The position numbers and the translations under genes are program-made. From NCBI GenBank assembly GCA_021731245.1, contig JAKFXT010000008.1, positions 1,045 through 65,044 of the forward strand: 64,000 bases of DNA, in the 5' to 3' direction. Origin of the DNA: Patescibacteria group bacterium (GTDB lineage: Bacteria; Patescibacteriota; Minisyncoccia; Phycocordibacterales; JAKFXT01). Position 1 is the stretch's first letter. Each line of letters starts with the position of its first letter. Below the pieces are notes generated by a model. The model was given only the letters and a program-made list of their open reading frames with translations, ran no database searches and was not told the DNA's origin. Shown here piece by piece: positions 19,783 through 30,533 of this stretch.

Positions 19783-19806
19783 TTTCAATACAGTAACCAA
19801 ATTATC

Positions 19807-20136
19807 CTAACCGTTTTTTGATATTTCCTCAATGCGCTGGCGATTCTTTTCCCCCAAATCTAGTTCAAAGGAAAGTCGCGGAAGTCGCCCCGTCTTTATA
19901 TTTTTTTGAGCGTATGCAGAGAATTCTCTTTGTTGACGTTTTAGAAAATCTAGCGCCGCTTCTTCTTTGTGCACAGGAAGAACTGAAACGAATATTTTTC
20001 CAGTTTTTGCATTATCCGATATGACAACGTTGGTTACTGTTATGAGTGAGGTTCCGTTTGAATTTTGTCCAACAAAAATAGACGCCTGTCTTGTTAATTC
20101 TCGTATTAATTTTTCATTTCTAAAATCCGCTGGCAT
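19807..20136 (-). CDS. rbfA: ribosome-binding factor A
   Basis: LITVTNVVISDNAKTGKIFVSV and C-terminal RLPRLSFELD match RbfA family; immediately downstream of infB. Confidence 0.75.
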   Translation of the reverse strand: MPADFRNEKLIRELTRQASIFVGQNSNGTSLITVTNVVISDNAKTGKIFVSVLPVHKEEAALDFLKRQQREFSAYAQKNIKTGRLPRLSFELDLGEKNRQRIEEISKNG

Positions 20137-20137
20137 A

Positions 20138-21637
20138 TTATTTTATTACTTTCACAATTGATTCTATTATGTCACCGGGCGCAATAGTCGTAACTCCGTC
20201 AATTGAAAGTCCGGCTTCGCCATCCATAATTTTACTTGTCTTAGATTTATTTTGTTGTAATTCATCAATTTTGCCACGGGCAATTTCTACATCTGTTCTT
20301 ATGATACGGACATTATCATTTACAGAAAGTGTTCCACTTAAAACACGTCCTCCAACTACTTGAGATGTTTTTGTGCTACTAAATAATTTCAGAACTTTAA
20401 GTTGCCCTATAGTTTCTTCCACTTCTATTTTAGGAGTTTGTTTCTCAATAGTTTCTTTTAGCCATTCAGTAAGATGATAAATAACATTAAATGTTTTTAT
20501 TATTATATTATTTCTGTCTGCCAAATCTTGCGCTCTGTCTTCTACTTTTACATTGAAACCAAGAATAATAGCACCAGGGAAGGGAAGGGCTTTCTTAGCA
20601 TCATTGTCTGTTATTGTTCCAGCCCCAATTTCAAGAATCTTGAGACAGGCTCTTTCTGTATTTAATTTTTGTACCTCATTTGCTATAGCATCAGCCACTC
20701 CCGCTACATCCGATTTTATTATTATTGGAATAATATGAGCCCCTTCAGTAATTTTGTTTTCTATAATTCCATTTTCTTCTTTGTTTTTTAGAGCGATGAT
20801 TTCTGCCTCTTTTTTATTTTTACAAGAAGTAACTAAGGCTCCCACTTTTGGCAAAGAGCTCCAACCCACAAGTCGTATCGGGGAGGAAAAACTAGCTTCA
20901 CTTATTTTTTTGCCAGTGAAGTCCTCTATCATTTTTAATGGACAAATACTTTTTCCAGATACTACGCACATACCACTTTCAAGTTTTCCATTTTTTATGA
21001 CAACCGTTGCGGTAATTCCTTTTTTTGCATCACGACTTGATTCAATGATAACTCCTTCAAATGGGGAGCTTATATCTCCCTTCAAATCTTCTAAGTCCGA
21101 TAGCAAAAGAATCATTTCTAGAAGTTCTGGAATATTTTCTCCAGTTTTTGCTGATATTAAGACGGAAGGAATATTTCCTCCATAACCTTCTATATAAATT
21201 CCATTTTCTGCTAGATTTTGCTTTGTTTTTTCAATATTAGCGTTCGGCTTGTCAATTTTATTAATTGCAACAAGGTACGGTGTTTCACTTTCTACTATAG
21301 TAGCAAAGGCCTCAAGTGTCTGTGGTTTTACACCGTCCTCAGCTGAAACAATTAAAATAGCGATATCAGCTACAGCAGCTCCGCGTGAGCGCATAGCTTT
21401 AAAAGCGACGTGTCCTGGGGTATCTAGAAAAGTAATTTTCTCAATGTCTCCATTTTCGCGCTTATGCTCTACTTCGTAGGCATTTATATGCTGAGTGATT
21501 CCGCCAAATTCTTTTTCTACAACGTTTGTTTTTCTAATGTAATCAAGGAGAGTCGATTTCCCATGATCAATATGCCCCATTACTGCAATAATGGGTGGGC
21601 GCTTCATAGGAGTTGTTGGCGGTTTTGCAGCTATCAT
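20138..21637 (-). CDS. infB: translation initiation factor IF-2 (N-terminally truncated short form)
   Basis: G1 AVMGHIDHGKSTLLD, G3 DTPGH, NKID G4; domains II/IV follow; 499 aa. Confidence 0.9.
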   Translation of the reverse strand: MIAAKPPTTPMKRPPIIAVMGHIDHGKSTLLDYIRKTNVVEKEFGGITQHINAYEVEHKRENGDIEKITFLDTPGHVAFKAMRSRGAAVADIAILIVSAEDGVKPQTLEAFATIVESETPYLVAINKIDKPNANIEKTKQNLAENGIYIEGYGGNIPSVLISAKTGENIPELLEMILLLSDLEDLKGDISSPFEGVIIESSRDAKKGITATVVIKNGKLESGMCVVSGKSICPLKMIEDFTGKKISEASFSSPIRLVGWSSLPKVGALVTSCKNKKEAEIIALKNKEENGIIENKITEGAHIIPIIIKSDVAGVADAIANEVQKLNTERACLKILEIGAGTITDNDAKKALPFPGAIILGFNVKVEDRAQDLADRNNIIIKTFNVIYHLTEWLKETIEKQTPKIEVEETIGQLKVLKLFSSTKTSQVVGGRVLSGTLSVNDNVRIIRTDVEIARGKIDELQQNKSKTSKIMDGEAGLSIDGVTTIAPGDIIESIVKVIK

Positions 21638-21734
21638 AGGTTTGTTTCATAAATGAAGACAGGATGTAGATTGGCATTATACACATTTCGGCCATTTTTG
21701 AAATGGCTCTTTGCTGTGCTAATTTAGCTATATA

Positions 21735-22958
21735 ATGGCTAAAAAAGGGAAACAAAAACGAATATATTTGGATTATGCAGCAGCGACTCCGCTTTCTAAG
21801 AAGGCTTATGATGCGTTGGTAAAAATCAGTAATCCAAAATCAGAGTTTTTTGGCAATCATTCCTCAACCCATAGTGAAGGGGTTTTGGCGCGTGACTTAT
21901 TACTTGAGATAAGGACTGACATCGCTCGTAAAATAGAAGTGCATAAAGACGAAGTTATTTTTACCAGTGGTTCCACTGAAGGCAATAATTTAATTATTCA
22001 GGGTGTATGTAAGGCCGCCGCATTTTCTAGCGGGGTAAAAAGGCCCCACATAATAACAAGTTTTGTAGATCATAGTTCTGTTTTGGAGCCGATTAGAAGT
22101 TTTTTGGAAAAGTATTATGCAGAAGTTGATTATTTAAAACCTCAAGATAATAAAATTTTAGATTTATCGCTTCTAGAAAAAAGTTTAAATGAAAACACAG
22201 TTCTTGTCTCACTTTCTTATGTAAATAGTGAAACTGGAAATATTATTCCTATAAGAGATGTTAGAAGATTAATAAATAAATTTAAAAGTAAATTGGGCCG
22301 TGGAATGAATGATTATCCTTATCTACATGTGGATGCGACACAGGCTGTGAACTCACTTCCTATTAATCCTCATAATATAGGAGCAGATTTTCTTGTTTTT
22401 GATGGTTCTAAAATTTATGCGCCGAAAGGGGTTGGAGTTTTAGTGGCACTCCGAGAAAGAAAAATATACCCAATTATTTTTGGTGGCGGACAAGAAAAAG
22501 GTCTAAGGCCTGGGACTGTGAATTTACCTGCAGTTTTTTCATTACAAATAGCTTTTAATGACAGTCTATTAATTCGCGAAAAAGAAAATAAAAGATTAGA
22601 AATTTTACAAAAATATTTTGAAGATTTATTAAAAAAAGAATTTCCTAATTGTGTAATAAACGGTGAGAGTGAAAAGAGAGTACCCAGCTTTACTAATGTC
22701 TGTATTCCTGGACTTGATGCAGAATATGCCATAGCGCAACTAGATGCTTTGGGAGTAGCCTCATCAAGTGCCAGCGCTTGCCAAAGCACTGGCGGGAGTG
22801 GCTCCTCCTATGTAATTAAAGAACTCTCCAATGGTAAAGATTGTGCGGGAAGCTCCATTCGTTTTTCAATGGGACGAGATACCAAGAGAGGGGATCTAAA
22901 GAAAACAGTAGAATCTTTAAAGAAAGTTGTAAGTTTGCAAAATGTATCTTCCAACTAA
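21735..22958 (+). CDS. class V aminotransferase / cysteine desulfurase family protein
   Basis: PLP fold, HVDATQAV and FDGSKIYAPKGVG (PLP-lysine region), C-terminal SSASAC active-site Cys-like loop. Confidence 0.65.
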   Translation: MAKKGKQKRIYLDYAAATPLSKKAYDALVKISNPKSEFFGNHSSTHSEGVLARDLLLEIRTDIARKIEVHKDEVIFTSGSTEGNNLIIQGVCKAAAFSSGVKRPHIITSFVDHSSVLEPIRSFLEKYYAEVDYLKPQDNKILDLSLLEKSLNENTVLVSLSYVNSETGNIIPIRDVRRLINKFKSKLGRGMNDYPYLHVDATQAVNSLPINPHNIGADFLVFDGSKIYAPKGVGVLVALRERKIYPIIFGGGQEKGLRPGTVNLPAVFSLQIAFNDSLLIREKENKRLEILQKYFEDLLKKEFPNCVINGESEKRVPSFTNVCIPGLDAEYAIAQLDALGVASSSASACQSTGGSGSSYVIKELSNGKDCAGSSIRFSMGRDTKRGDLKKTVESLKKVVSLQNVSSN

Positions 22959-22984
22959 GGTTTTAAGTTGTTATTATATAGGCA

Positions 22985-23854
22985 ATGGATATAAAAGATT
23001 TAAATAAAAACCAAATGGTGCTACTCACATTGCTTCTCAGTTTTGTGACTTCTATTGCTATGTCTGTTATTACAGTTTCACTTCTTCAAGAAAATCCAAC
23101 TACCATAACTCAAACTATAAATAAGGTTGTGGAGAGAACTGTAGAAAAAGTCGTCCCAGTCGTAACGGGTGGTAAAAGCACTGTGACTAAAGAAACAACT
23201 GTAGTTGTTAAAGAAGAAGATTTGATTACAAAATCAATAGATCAAAATAAAAATAAAATTGTAGCCGTTCATGAAAAATCTATTGGTGCTGATGGGGCAG
23301 CTGTGCACTCATTTATTGGCTGGGGCATTATTTTTAATAAAGATGGCGTAATAGCGACAGATAGTTCCTTCATAGCCGATTCAGGAACCTATTCTATTCT
23401 TACCGAAGATGGCGTTTCTTTTGACACGAAGGTTTTGGATCAAAATGAATCAAAAGGCGTAGCGTTACTTTCAGCTATAAGAGAAAAAGACAATAAAGAA
23501 AAGGAAAACTATGTCTTTACTCCAGCATCCTCTGTTAATAGTGATTCTATAAAGTTGGGGCAAACACTAATTGCTTTTGGAGGAAAAGGTAAAAAGGCAG
23601 TTTCTATTGGAATTGTTGGTAATATCATAAATAAAGAAGTAGAAGGAACTTCTTCTAGCACTCCTAAAATAAAAGTAGTAGAAAGTATAGAGGGGAACGT
23701 GTTTCCTCCTAGTAAAGTAAGTGGGGGACCCGTTATGAATTCATTTGGCGAAGTTATAGGTATGGCTGTTACAGGTCTTTGGGTGAGTGGAGATCCTATT
23801 TATCTACCGTTTTCTGTGGTTTCTGAAGTCTACTCTGCAATTCCAAAGTCATAG
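22985..23854 (+). CDS. membrane-anchored trypsin-like (HtrA-like) peptidase-fold protein, catalytic His apparently substituted
   Basis: KVSGGPVMNSFGEVIGMAV resembles HtrA GNSGGPL.N..GEVIGIN serine box; His-box position reads IATDSSF; no PDZ domain. Confidence 0.4.
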   Translation: MDIKDLNKNQMVLLTLLLSFVTSIAMSVITVSLLQENPTTITQTINKVVERTVEKVVPVVTGGKSTVTKETTVVVKEEDLITKSIDQNKNKIVAVHEKSIGADGAAVHSFIGWGIIFNKDGVIATDSSFIADSGTYSILTEDGVSFDTKVLDQNESKGVALLSAIREKDNKEKENYVFTPASSVNSDSIKLGQTLIAFGGKGKKAVSIGIVGNIINKEVEGTSSSTPKIKVVESIEGNVFPPSKVSGGPVMNSFGEVIGMAVTGLWVSGDPIYLPFSVVSEVYSAIPKS

Positions 23855-23923
23855 CTCTCTCATAAGTTGGTTGTTTTTTGATTAAATTTGACTAAATAAT
23901 TTTATCAACTAATGTAAATATAT

Positions 23924-26605
23924 ATGTTGCCATTTGAACACTTTACATCACGTGCCCGCGACGCTATACGCAAAGCTCATGAGCTTGCAGTTGAAAAAGG
24001 CATAAACCAAGTAAATCCAAATCATTTGGCTTTGGCGCTTTTGATGCAGGAAGAAAGCACAATTTATTCTATTTTTGAAGTATTAGAAATTGATGGTGCC
24101 GCTGTGATGGATTCTCTTTTGGAAACTGCAGAAAGTGGAGATTCCGGCCAAACTCTTTCTCCCTCATTTCAAATTTATTTAACACCGGAACTCGCTCAAA
24201 TTTTGGAGCACTCTGGAAAAGTCGCGCGCAATCTAGAAGATGAGTTCGTGGGTGTGGAACATCTATTTCTTGCGCTTTTAGAAGTTGCTTCAACTACCAA
24301 AGATTTGTTTACACGTTTCCGATTAAATAAAGATTTAGTTTTGAAGGTTGTTAACGAAATTCGCAAAGGGAAGATTAAAGATGCTCCTCAAGAAAAGAAA
24401 TTTCGTGTAATACAAAAGTATGCGAGAAACTTAACTAAGCTTGCTGCGGAAAATAAATTAGATCCAGTTATTGGGCGTGATACAGAAATATCTCGCATAA
24501 TGCAAATACTTTCTCGTCGCACCAAGAATAACCCTATTTTGATTGGAGAAGCGGGGGTAGGAAAAACTGCAATAGTAGAAGGTCTTGCCAATCGCATTGC
24601 AGCCGGTGATGTACCGGACTCACTTAAAAATAAAGAACTTATTTCACTCGACTTGGGGCTATTGATTGCTGGGACTAAGTATCGCGGTGAATTTGAAGAA
24701 CGGCTTAAATCAATTATGAAAGAAGTAGAACGTTCTGAAGGTAAGATTATAGTTTTTATAGATGAGATTCACACTATTGTTGGTGCAGGAGCCGCGGAAG
24801 GAGCAATGGACGCATCAAATATGCTAAAGCCAGCTTTGGCTCGCGGAGAACTCCGTGCAATTGGTGCAACAACAATAAAAGAATATCAAAAGCATATTGA
24901 GAAAGACCCAGCCTTGACGAGACGTTTTCAACCAGTTTATGTATTAGAGCCATCAGTAGAAGATGCCATTGCGGTTCTCCGTGGACTTAAAGAAAAATAC
25001 GAACTTTATCATGGTGTGCACATATCAGACGACGCGCTTATTGCGGCTGTGCAATTTTCTAGTCGGTATATTACAGATAGATATTTACCAGATAAGGCGG
25101 TGGACTTGATTGATGAAGCGGCGTCAGCCCTTCGCATTGCGCTTGAAAGCAAACCTCCAATTTTGGAAGAAACACACAGAAAGATAATGCGTCTTGAAAT
25201 TGAAAAAGAGGCTTTGAAAAAAGAAGCAGGAACCAGTGAAGGTAAAAACGCTAAAATTCGTGTTAAAGCGATTGATAAAGATATAGCGGACCTAAAAGAA
25301 AAAACTCACGACATCGAGCTTCGTTGGGGGAATGAGAAAGAACTTTTAGGAAGTATCAGAGAATTGAAAAAACAATTAGAACAACTTCGAGTTGATGCAG
25401 AAAACGCTGAAGTAAAATCAGATTTAGCAAAGGCCGCCGAAATTCGTTATGGCAAAATTCCAGAACTTACCAGTGAGCTTTCTGTAAAAATTAAAAAAAT
25501 AGAAAAATTACAACGCTCACGCCGTATTTTAAAAGAATCAATCACAGAACAAGAAATTGCCGATGTTGTTTCTCGTTGGACTGGAATACCAGTAAACAGA
25601 ATGCTTGAAGAAGAAGCGGAAAAGCTTGGCAGAATGGAAGAAGAATTGAAAAAGAGAATTGTAGGACAAGATGATGCCGTTAAGAAAATATCTGACGCTG
25701 TGCGACGCTCTCGTGCCGGTATTGCGGACCCAAACCGCCCTATTGGTTCATTTATTTTCTTAGGACCAACAGGTGTAGGAAAGACAGAGCTTACTAAAGC
25801 ACTTGCAGAATTTATGTTTGATACAGAAAAAGCTCTTATAAGAGTAGATATGTCTGAATATATGGAACGTCACGCTGTTTCTAAAATGATAGGTTCACCC
25901 CCAGGGTACGTTGGATATGACGAAGGAGGTGCTCTTACCGAAACTGTGCGTCACAGGCCATATTCAGTGATTCTGCTTGATGAAATAGAGAAAGCGCACC
26001 CAGAAGTGTTTAACCTACTGCTTCAGGTTTTTGATAATGGACGTCTCACAGATTCAAAGGGACGTGTCGCAAACTTCAAAAATTGTGTAATCGTTATGAC
26101 TTCAAATATCGGAGCACAATATATAGATAAGATGGAGCATATAGGTTTTTCTAGTGACAGAGGTAATGATGAAAAAGAATATAATTTGGCAAAAGAAAAA
26201 GTAGAGGAGTCGCTCAAAGAACACTTCCGTCCAGAATTCTTAAATCGCATTGATGACATTATTATGTTTGATATTTTGAAACCTGAAGCAATTAAAAATA
26301 TTGTTGGTATTCAAATTGATTTAGTTCGCACTCGTCTGAAAGAAAGGGGAATTGAACTTGTTCTTGAAGAATCCGTCATGGAACTTCTAAGTAAAGAAGG
26401 TTATGACCCACATTATGGAGCGCGCCCTTTGAAGCGATTAATTCAAAACAAAATACTTACACCGATTGCTAATTTTATGATTGGTAAAAATGTTATGGAA
26501 GGCGGAATGGTAACTATCGGTGTTAAAAATGGTGAATTTACTTTTGATGTAAAAAAGGGTAGAGGTGTTCGAATTACTGTTCCGAAAGAAACTGTAAAAG
26601 CTTAA
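23924..26605 (+). CDS. clpB: ATP-dependent chaperone ClpB
   Basis: Clp N-domain repeats, two AAA+ modules (GEAGVGKT; GPTGVGKT), long coiled-coil M-domain, 893 aa. Confidence 0.9.
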   Translation: MLPFEHFTSRARDAIRKAHELAVEKGINQVNPNHLALALLMQEESTIYSIFEVLEIDGAAVMDSLLETAESGDSGQTLSPSFQIYLTPELAQILEHSGKVARNLEDEFVGVEHLFLALLEVASTTKDLFTRFRLNKDLVLKVVNEIRKGKIKDAPQEKKFRVIQKYARNLTKLAAENKLDPVIGRDTEISRIMQILSRRTKNNPILIGEAGVGKTAIVEGLANRIAAGDVPDSLKNKELISLDLGLLIAGTKYRGEFEERLKSIMKEVERSEGKIIVFIDEIHTIVGAGAAEGAMDASNMLKPALARGELRAIGATTIKEYQKHIEKDPALTRRFQPVYVLEPSVEDAIAVLRGLKEKYELYHGVHISDDALIAAVQFSSRYITDRYLPDKAVDLIDEAASALRIALESKPPILEETHRKIMRLEIEKEALKKEAGTSEGKNAKIRVKAIDKDIADLKEKTHDIELRWGNEKELLGSIRELKKQLEQLRVDAENAEVKSDLAKAAEIRYGKIPELTSELSVKIKKIEKLQRSRRILKESITEQEIADVVSRWTGIPVNRMLEEEAEKLGRMEEELKKRIVGQDDAVKKISDAVRRSRAGIADPNRPIGSFIFLGPTGVGKTELTKALAEFMFDTEKALIRVDMSEYMERHAVSKMIGSPPGYVGYDEGGALTETVRHRPYSVILLDEIEKAHPEVFNLLLQVFDNGRLTDSKGRVANFKNCVIVMTSNIGAQYIDKMEHIGFSSDRGNDEKEYNLAKEKVEESLKEHFRPEFLNRIDDIIMFDILKPEAIKNIVGIQIDLVRTRLKERGIELVLEESVMELLSKEGYDPHYGARPLKRLIQNKILTPIANFMIGKNVMEGGMVTIGVKNGEFTFDVKKGRGVRITVPKETVKA

Positions 26606-26610
26606 TTAAA

Positions 26611-26640
26611 AATCCCTAACTTAAAGTTAGGGATTTTTAA
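26611..26640 (+). terminator. clpB terminator
   Basis: hairpin aaatccctaac-ttaaa-gttagggattt followed by TTTT. Confidence 0.55.
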
Positions 26641-26656
26641 TTTTATCTGGTGCGGA

Positions 26657-26700
26657 CACGAATAAATTTCCTGACGGAAATTTTTTGCGATCCCCGGCTC
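26657..26700 (+). repeat. structured element family, core copy D (palindrome AAATTTCC-tgac-GGAAATTT then TTTTGCGATCCCCGGCTCG)
   Basis: matches core of copies A-C but hairpin arms carry compensatory changes. Confidence 0.4.
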
Positions 26701-26797
26701 GATATTTTTGCCTTTGCTTTACGCAAAACAAAAATATATCTGCGCCCACGCACAAGTACGAAAAAATCCCAAGAAGTTGGGATTTTATTTCGTCTAG

Positions 26798-26881
26798 TGC
26801 GTCGGGCAGGATTCGAACCTGCGTAGCCCATTGGGCGACAGATTTACAGTCTGTTGCGATTGACCGCTCCGCCACCGACGC
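26798..26881 (-). tRNA. tRNA-Tyr (anticodon GTA), long variable arm
   Basis: acceptor GCGTCGG/CCGACGC, anticodon stem-loop ACAGA-CTGTAAA-TCTGT, T-arm GCAGGTTCGAATCCTGC. Confidence 0.75.
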
Positions 26882-26981
26882 ATTTTCGCTTTTCGTAAAT
26901 ATTAAAATACCTCACTTATCATTAAATTGCAAAAGAAAAGACCGTCACACGCTTTCGCGCATGACGGCCGATTGATCGTTT

Positions 26982-28001
26982 TCAACGCCATCTCTTTCTG
27001 AGTATTTTTTCTTCTGTGAAGAAGGCGTCGAACTTTTTTTCAAATGTACCTCCCATCCCAGTCGAGACTCCTCCGAAGGGACCACCAAAGGAAGTGTTCT
27101 GATAAGAATGTGGATTTGTAGTGTTGCCGGTTGGAAATTCCCTATTGAGGTAGCCGAGTGCGACTGCGGGCCCAGCAGAAAGGTTCCTTGGATCCATGAT
27201 GAACGCGATGTTTATGGCCACTCCGCCCTCATGCCTTAAAGAAAAACCGGGCATAAGGCCGATGAACGGCAGCGTTTTATGGATCTCTTTCGTGTAATAG
27301 CTTCCCGCACAAGAGGCTACGGCAGGAGACAAGGAGAAGCCCCATGCTTCAATAAGCGAAACCTCCAACCCAGGGCAAAAGGTTGTAGCCAAACCGTTCT
27401 TGGTGTTTTTCAGGGCGTTGGCTTCAAAGAAAAAATCACTTCCCTCGAAAAGAAAATCCTTTCCGAACTGAATTTTCAGGCCAACTCCCGCGTTTTCTTC
27501 GTTGCAGATTTTTCCTCTTTTTTTGTCGTTTACGCACGGAATGAAATGCTGAGCTGCCCCGAAGGTGTTTAGCGAAACATTCAAGCCGCTAAGAGAGGAA
27601 AATTTCCCAAGCGCACTCCAAGTCGGCTGTGCCAACTCCGGAGGGACCATCATTCCTTGTGCACGTGACAGCAGGCGCCCTTTCATCATGGCTTCAGTTT
27701 GAATCACTACAGATGCTTGGGGATTGAAGCCGGTTTCCCACGCAGAAATTCTTGCGCTGCTAGATGGGAAGTTTCCCGAAAAGGAAACGCGAGTTTCTGT
27801 TTCGGGGGGATTTACTTGTGCAGGTCTCACATCCTGGAACGATGTGGCGTACACAGGCTCGTGATACGTGCCATCATCGGTTCCAATCCCAGCCCCCACT
27901 ATTTCCGGAGGAGGAGGAACGTCGCGCCCATGTTCCATCACGGCACAACCAGACAAAGACAAATTCAGTACGGCAGAAACAAAAGCAATTGTATTTTTCA
28001 C
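26982..28001 (-). CDS. hypothetical lipoprotein (lipobox LSGC) in a GC-rich island
   Basis: signal peptide + Cys lipobox, PPPP linker, Gly/aromatic-rich; GC3-rich codons. Confidence 0.45.
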   Translation of the reverse strand: MKNTIAFVSAVLNLSLSGCAVMEHGRDVPPPPEIVGAGIGTDDGTYHEPVYATSFQDVRPAQVNPPETETRVSFSGNFPSSSARISAWETGFNPQASVVIQTEAMMKGRLLSRAQGMMVPPELAQPTWSALGKFSSLSGLNVSLNTFGAAQHFIPCVNDKKRGKICNEENAGVGLKIQFGKDFLFEGSDFFFEANALKNTKNGLATTFCPGLEVSLIEAWGFSLSPAVASCAGSYYTKEIHKTLPFIGLMPGFSLRHEGGVAINIAFIMDPRNLSAGPAVALGYLNREFPTGNTTNPHSYQNTSFGGPFGGVSTGMGGTFEKKFDAFFTEEKILRKRWR

Positions 28002-28258
28002 ATTCCCTCCGGTCTTTTTGTGGAATTGCGGAAGAAAGCCCCTGACAGGTTCAGATAACTAAAGTGCCAAAGAACCCACCTTAGAGTATGGTGCACCTTT
28101 CATAATTAGTGGTCAATAGAGACAGGAAATATTTAAATTATATAAATTAATAAGACCCTGGTCACGCGTAGCGCGACCAGGGTCAGTTGATTGGGTGCCC
28201 AGGTTACAAGGCACAGCTCAAACAAACGTTTGTGGGGATGAAGCTTGGTGAAGCAACT

Positions 28259-28648
28259 TCAGAAGCTGATGAAGTACGTACCGCCCGATTTGAGCGTGGC
28301 CAGGATGCCGGTCGGAATGACCGTTTCAGCCATGAAGGCGGCAGAAATCCTGGCACAAATCCCGAGAGCCATGATTGCGAGAAGGCTCTCCCGTACAACA
28401 TCGCTCATGATGTAGGACGGATTTCCGCTCCTGAGTGAATCCGGGGAAAGGTGAACGAGGATTTCTTTCGGTCCTTGATCTCTCCATTCCTTGTACGGAA
28501 TCAGTCTTCTCGAGGTGCTGGGGCCGTCCTGGAGATTGGTGACGACGCCCTGCACTTTCTTGCTGAAATCGATTTCTTCCGCCGTCGGAATTGGCACAAC
28601 TTTCTTGGGCGGTCCGCTGTACCTCTTGAACATCTGATGCTCTAGCAT
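28259..28648 (-). CDS. hypothetical protein in same GC-rich island
   Basis: most protein-like of three overlapping frames; hairpin + T-run terminator downstream at ~28150-28185. Confidence 0.3.
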   Translation of the reverse strand: MLEHQMFKRYSGPPKKVVPIPTAEEIDFSKKVQGVVTNLQDGPSTSRRLIPYKEWRDQGPKEILVHLSPDSLRSGNPSYIMSDVVRESLLAIMALGICARISAAFMAETVIPTGILATLKSGGTYFISF

Positions 28649-28770
28649 GTCTTTCCCCCGAAATTGTTTCTACATATAAAGAACTACCCCTGTATCCGGA
28701 ATTTCGTTTCGCTCCGGAATTTTTCAAATATACTCCTAACCAAATTAATGTAAACCCCCTCTATGCACTT

Positions 28771-30531
28771 CTACTGCGCACGTTTTACAGAATAAATTAG
28801 TATTGGTTTTGATTTTCCTTTTACTACCACTTCACCAAGTGGTTTTGTTTCAAATTTTGTTTTATCTTTTATTTTTTCTAGAGTCGTGTCCCCAATAATT
28901 AAAGGTGTTTTATAATCTTTAGTTATTCCTTCAATGCGTGAACCTGCGTTCACGGTGTCCCCAATAGCCGTGTAATCAAATCTATGTTCAGAGCCAACAT
29001 TTCCGACAACCGCTTTTCCTGTATAAATTCCAACACCTATCGCAATTTCTGGGTCTCCCTGCGCACGAAGCACTACATTTAACTCATCAAGTGCCTCCAG
29101 CATTCCAAGCCCCGCCTCAACAGCTTTATCTGCTTGTAGAGGTTCATCAAGTGGAGCTCCCCAAAATGCCATAATAGCGTCTCCAATGTACTTATCTAAA
29201 ACTCCATCTTTTTCTATTATTTTTTTCGTTACAGCTGAAAAATACATATTTAAAATTCGGACGAGTTCAGTGGGTGTTGTTTTTTCTGAAATAGAAGTGA
29301 ATCCGCGAATATCAGAAAAAAGGACTGTAATTTCTTTTTCTTCTCCTCCTAAAACAACTTTTTCAGGAGAACTTAATAATTCGTCCAGTACATGAGGAGA
29401 AACATATTTAGAAAATGTGGCTTTAATAATTTTTCTTTCTTTTTCTCCAATAAGAGATCTGTATAGCCCCAAAGAAAGTGTCGTTAATACCCAAGAGAGT
29501 GTTATGTGAATCATATTGACCACAACCCCCTTATCGAAAAGAATAATCGTGGCAACAAGATAAACGACACCGATTATTACATTTACCAAAACGACAAATT
29601 CAATGCGTCTTATAAAGAAGAACAAAAGACAAGAAATAGTAGATGCAAATAAAATCCAAATTAAAGTTAAGTAAGTTTTTAAATCAGTAAGGGAAATGTT
29701 ATTGATAAGCATATTCACAATGTGCCCGTGTATTTCTACCCCAGACATTTCAAGTCCTGCGCCCGTCGGTGTTTTCTGTGAATCATGCAAGCTTGGCGCG
29801 GTGGCACCAAGTAATACAATTTTATCTTTCAGAGTTTCAGCGCTGTCCCCATATAGAACATCTGCAAAAGATATTGTTCTAATGCTTGAGGCGCCACCTG
29901 CAAAATAAATCCTCTCAGGATTCTCTGTACGATTTGTAATTGGTAAATTTGAAACTGAAAGCAGTTTTTCTGCAAAAGGAGCTACTGAGGTATCGGCATT
30001 TTCTAGGTTACTTTTGAAATATTTCCTAGTAACTCCGTCATTGTCTGTTATTACATTGACAAGTCCTAAACTTGTATTTTTAGTTTTAAATTCAGGAAGA
30101 GGTGTGAGTAGGGAATTAGCAAAGAGTTTCCCTTCATCGTTTAAATTCAATTTATCAGCTTGTGTTGCTAGAACTACTGGATAATTAATTTTGGTAAATG
30201 CATTTGATAAATAAACATCATCAAATTTACCAAGGCGTGACTCTTCGCTCCAAATAACATCAATACCAAGTGATATTGGTTTATTTGTATTTAATTTTTC
30301 TACAAAGTCAGCGAAGACTTTTCTTGGCCATGGCCACTGACCAATTTGCTGAATTGATTTATCATCAATTGCCACAATTACAATGCGAGAGGCAATTGGT
30401 TTAGGCGAAAACAGAGTGTCTTCAAGGAATGTCTCTATTCCGTGAAAAAGGCCTCCTACATAGGAAAAAGAAACCAAAATGGCTATGAGTAGGGTGATTG
30501 AAAGATATTTTACTCTCTCACTTTTGTTCAT
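28771..30531 (-). CDS. CHASE2 sensor domain-containing class III adenylate/guanylate cyclase
   Basis: N-terminal TM + extracytoplasmic CHASE2-like region, TM bundle, C-terminal VLFSDIRGFTSISE...YIGDAIMAFWGAP cyclase motifs. Confidence 0.8.
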   Translation of the reverse strand: MNKSERVKYLSITLLIAILVSFSYVGGLFHGIETFLEDTLFSPKPIASRIVIVAIDDKSIQQIGQWPWPRKVFADFVEKLNTNKPISLGIDVIWSEESRLGKFDDVYLSNAFTKINYPVVLATQADKLNLNDEGKLFANSLLTPLPEFKTKNTSLGLVNVITDNDGVTRKYFKSNLENADTSVAPFAEKLLSVSNLPITNRTENPERIYFAGGASSIRTISFADVLYGDSAETLKDKIVLLGATAPSLHDSQKTPTGAGLEMSGVEIHGHIVNMLINNISLTDLKTYLTLIWILFASTISCLLFFFIRRIEFVVLVNVIIGVVYLVATIILFDKGVVVNMIHITLSWVLTTLSLGLYRSLIGEKERKIIKATFSKYVSPHVLDELLSSPEKVVLGGEEKEITVLFSDIRGFTSISEKTTPTELVRILNMYFSAVTKKIIEKDGVLDKYIGDAIMAFWGAPLDEPLQADKAVEAGLGMLEALDELNVVLRAQGDPEIAIGVGIYTGKAVVGNVGSEHRFDYTAIGDTVNAGSRIEGITKDYKTPLIIGDTTLEKIKDKTKFETKPLGEVVVKGKSKPILIYSVKRAQ

Positions 30532-30533
30532 GC

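Noticed and set aside
26627-26975. Three small ORFs overlapping tRNA-Tyr and its terminator region
   Set aside because: They overlap a well-folded tRNA and hairpins; artefacts of the ORF scan
28187-28727. Alternative frames 28187-28438 (+) and 28326-28727 (-) in the GC-rich island
   Set aside because: Arg/Gly-rich junk-like translations typical of off-frames in GC-rich DNA; kept only 28259-28648 at low confidence
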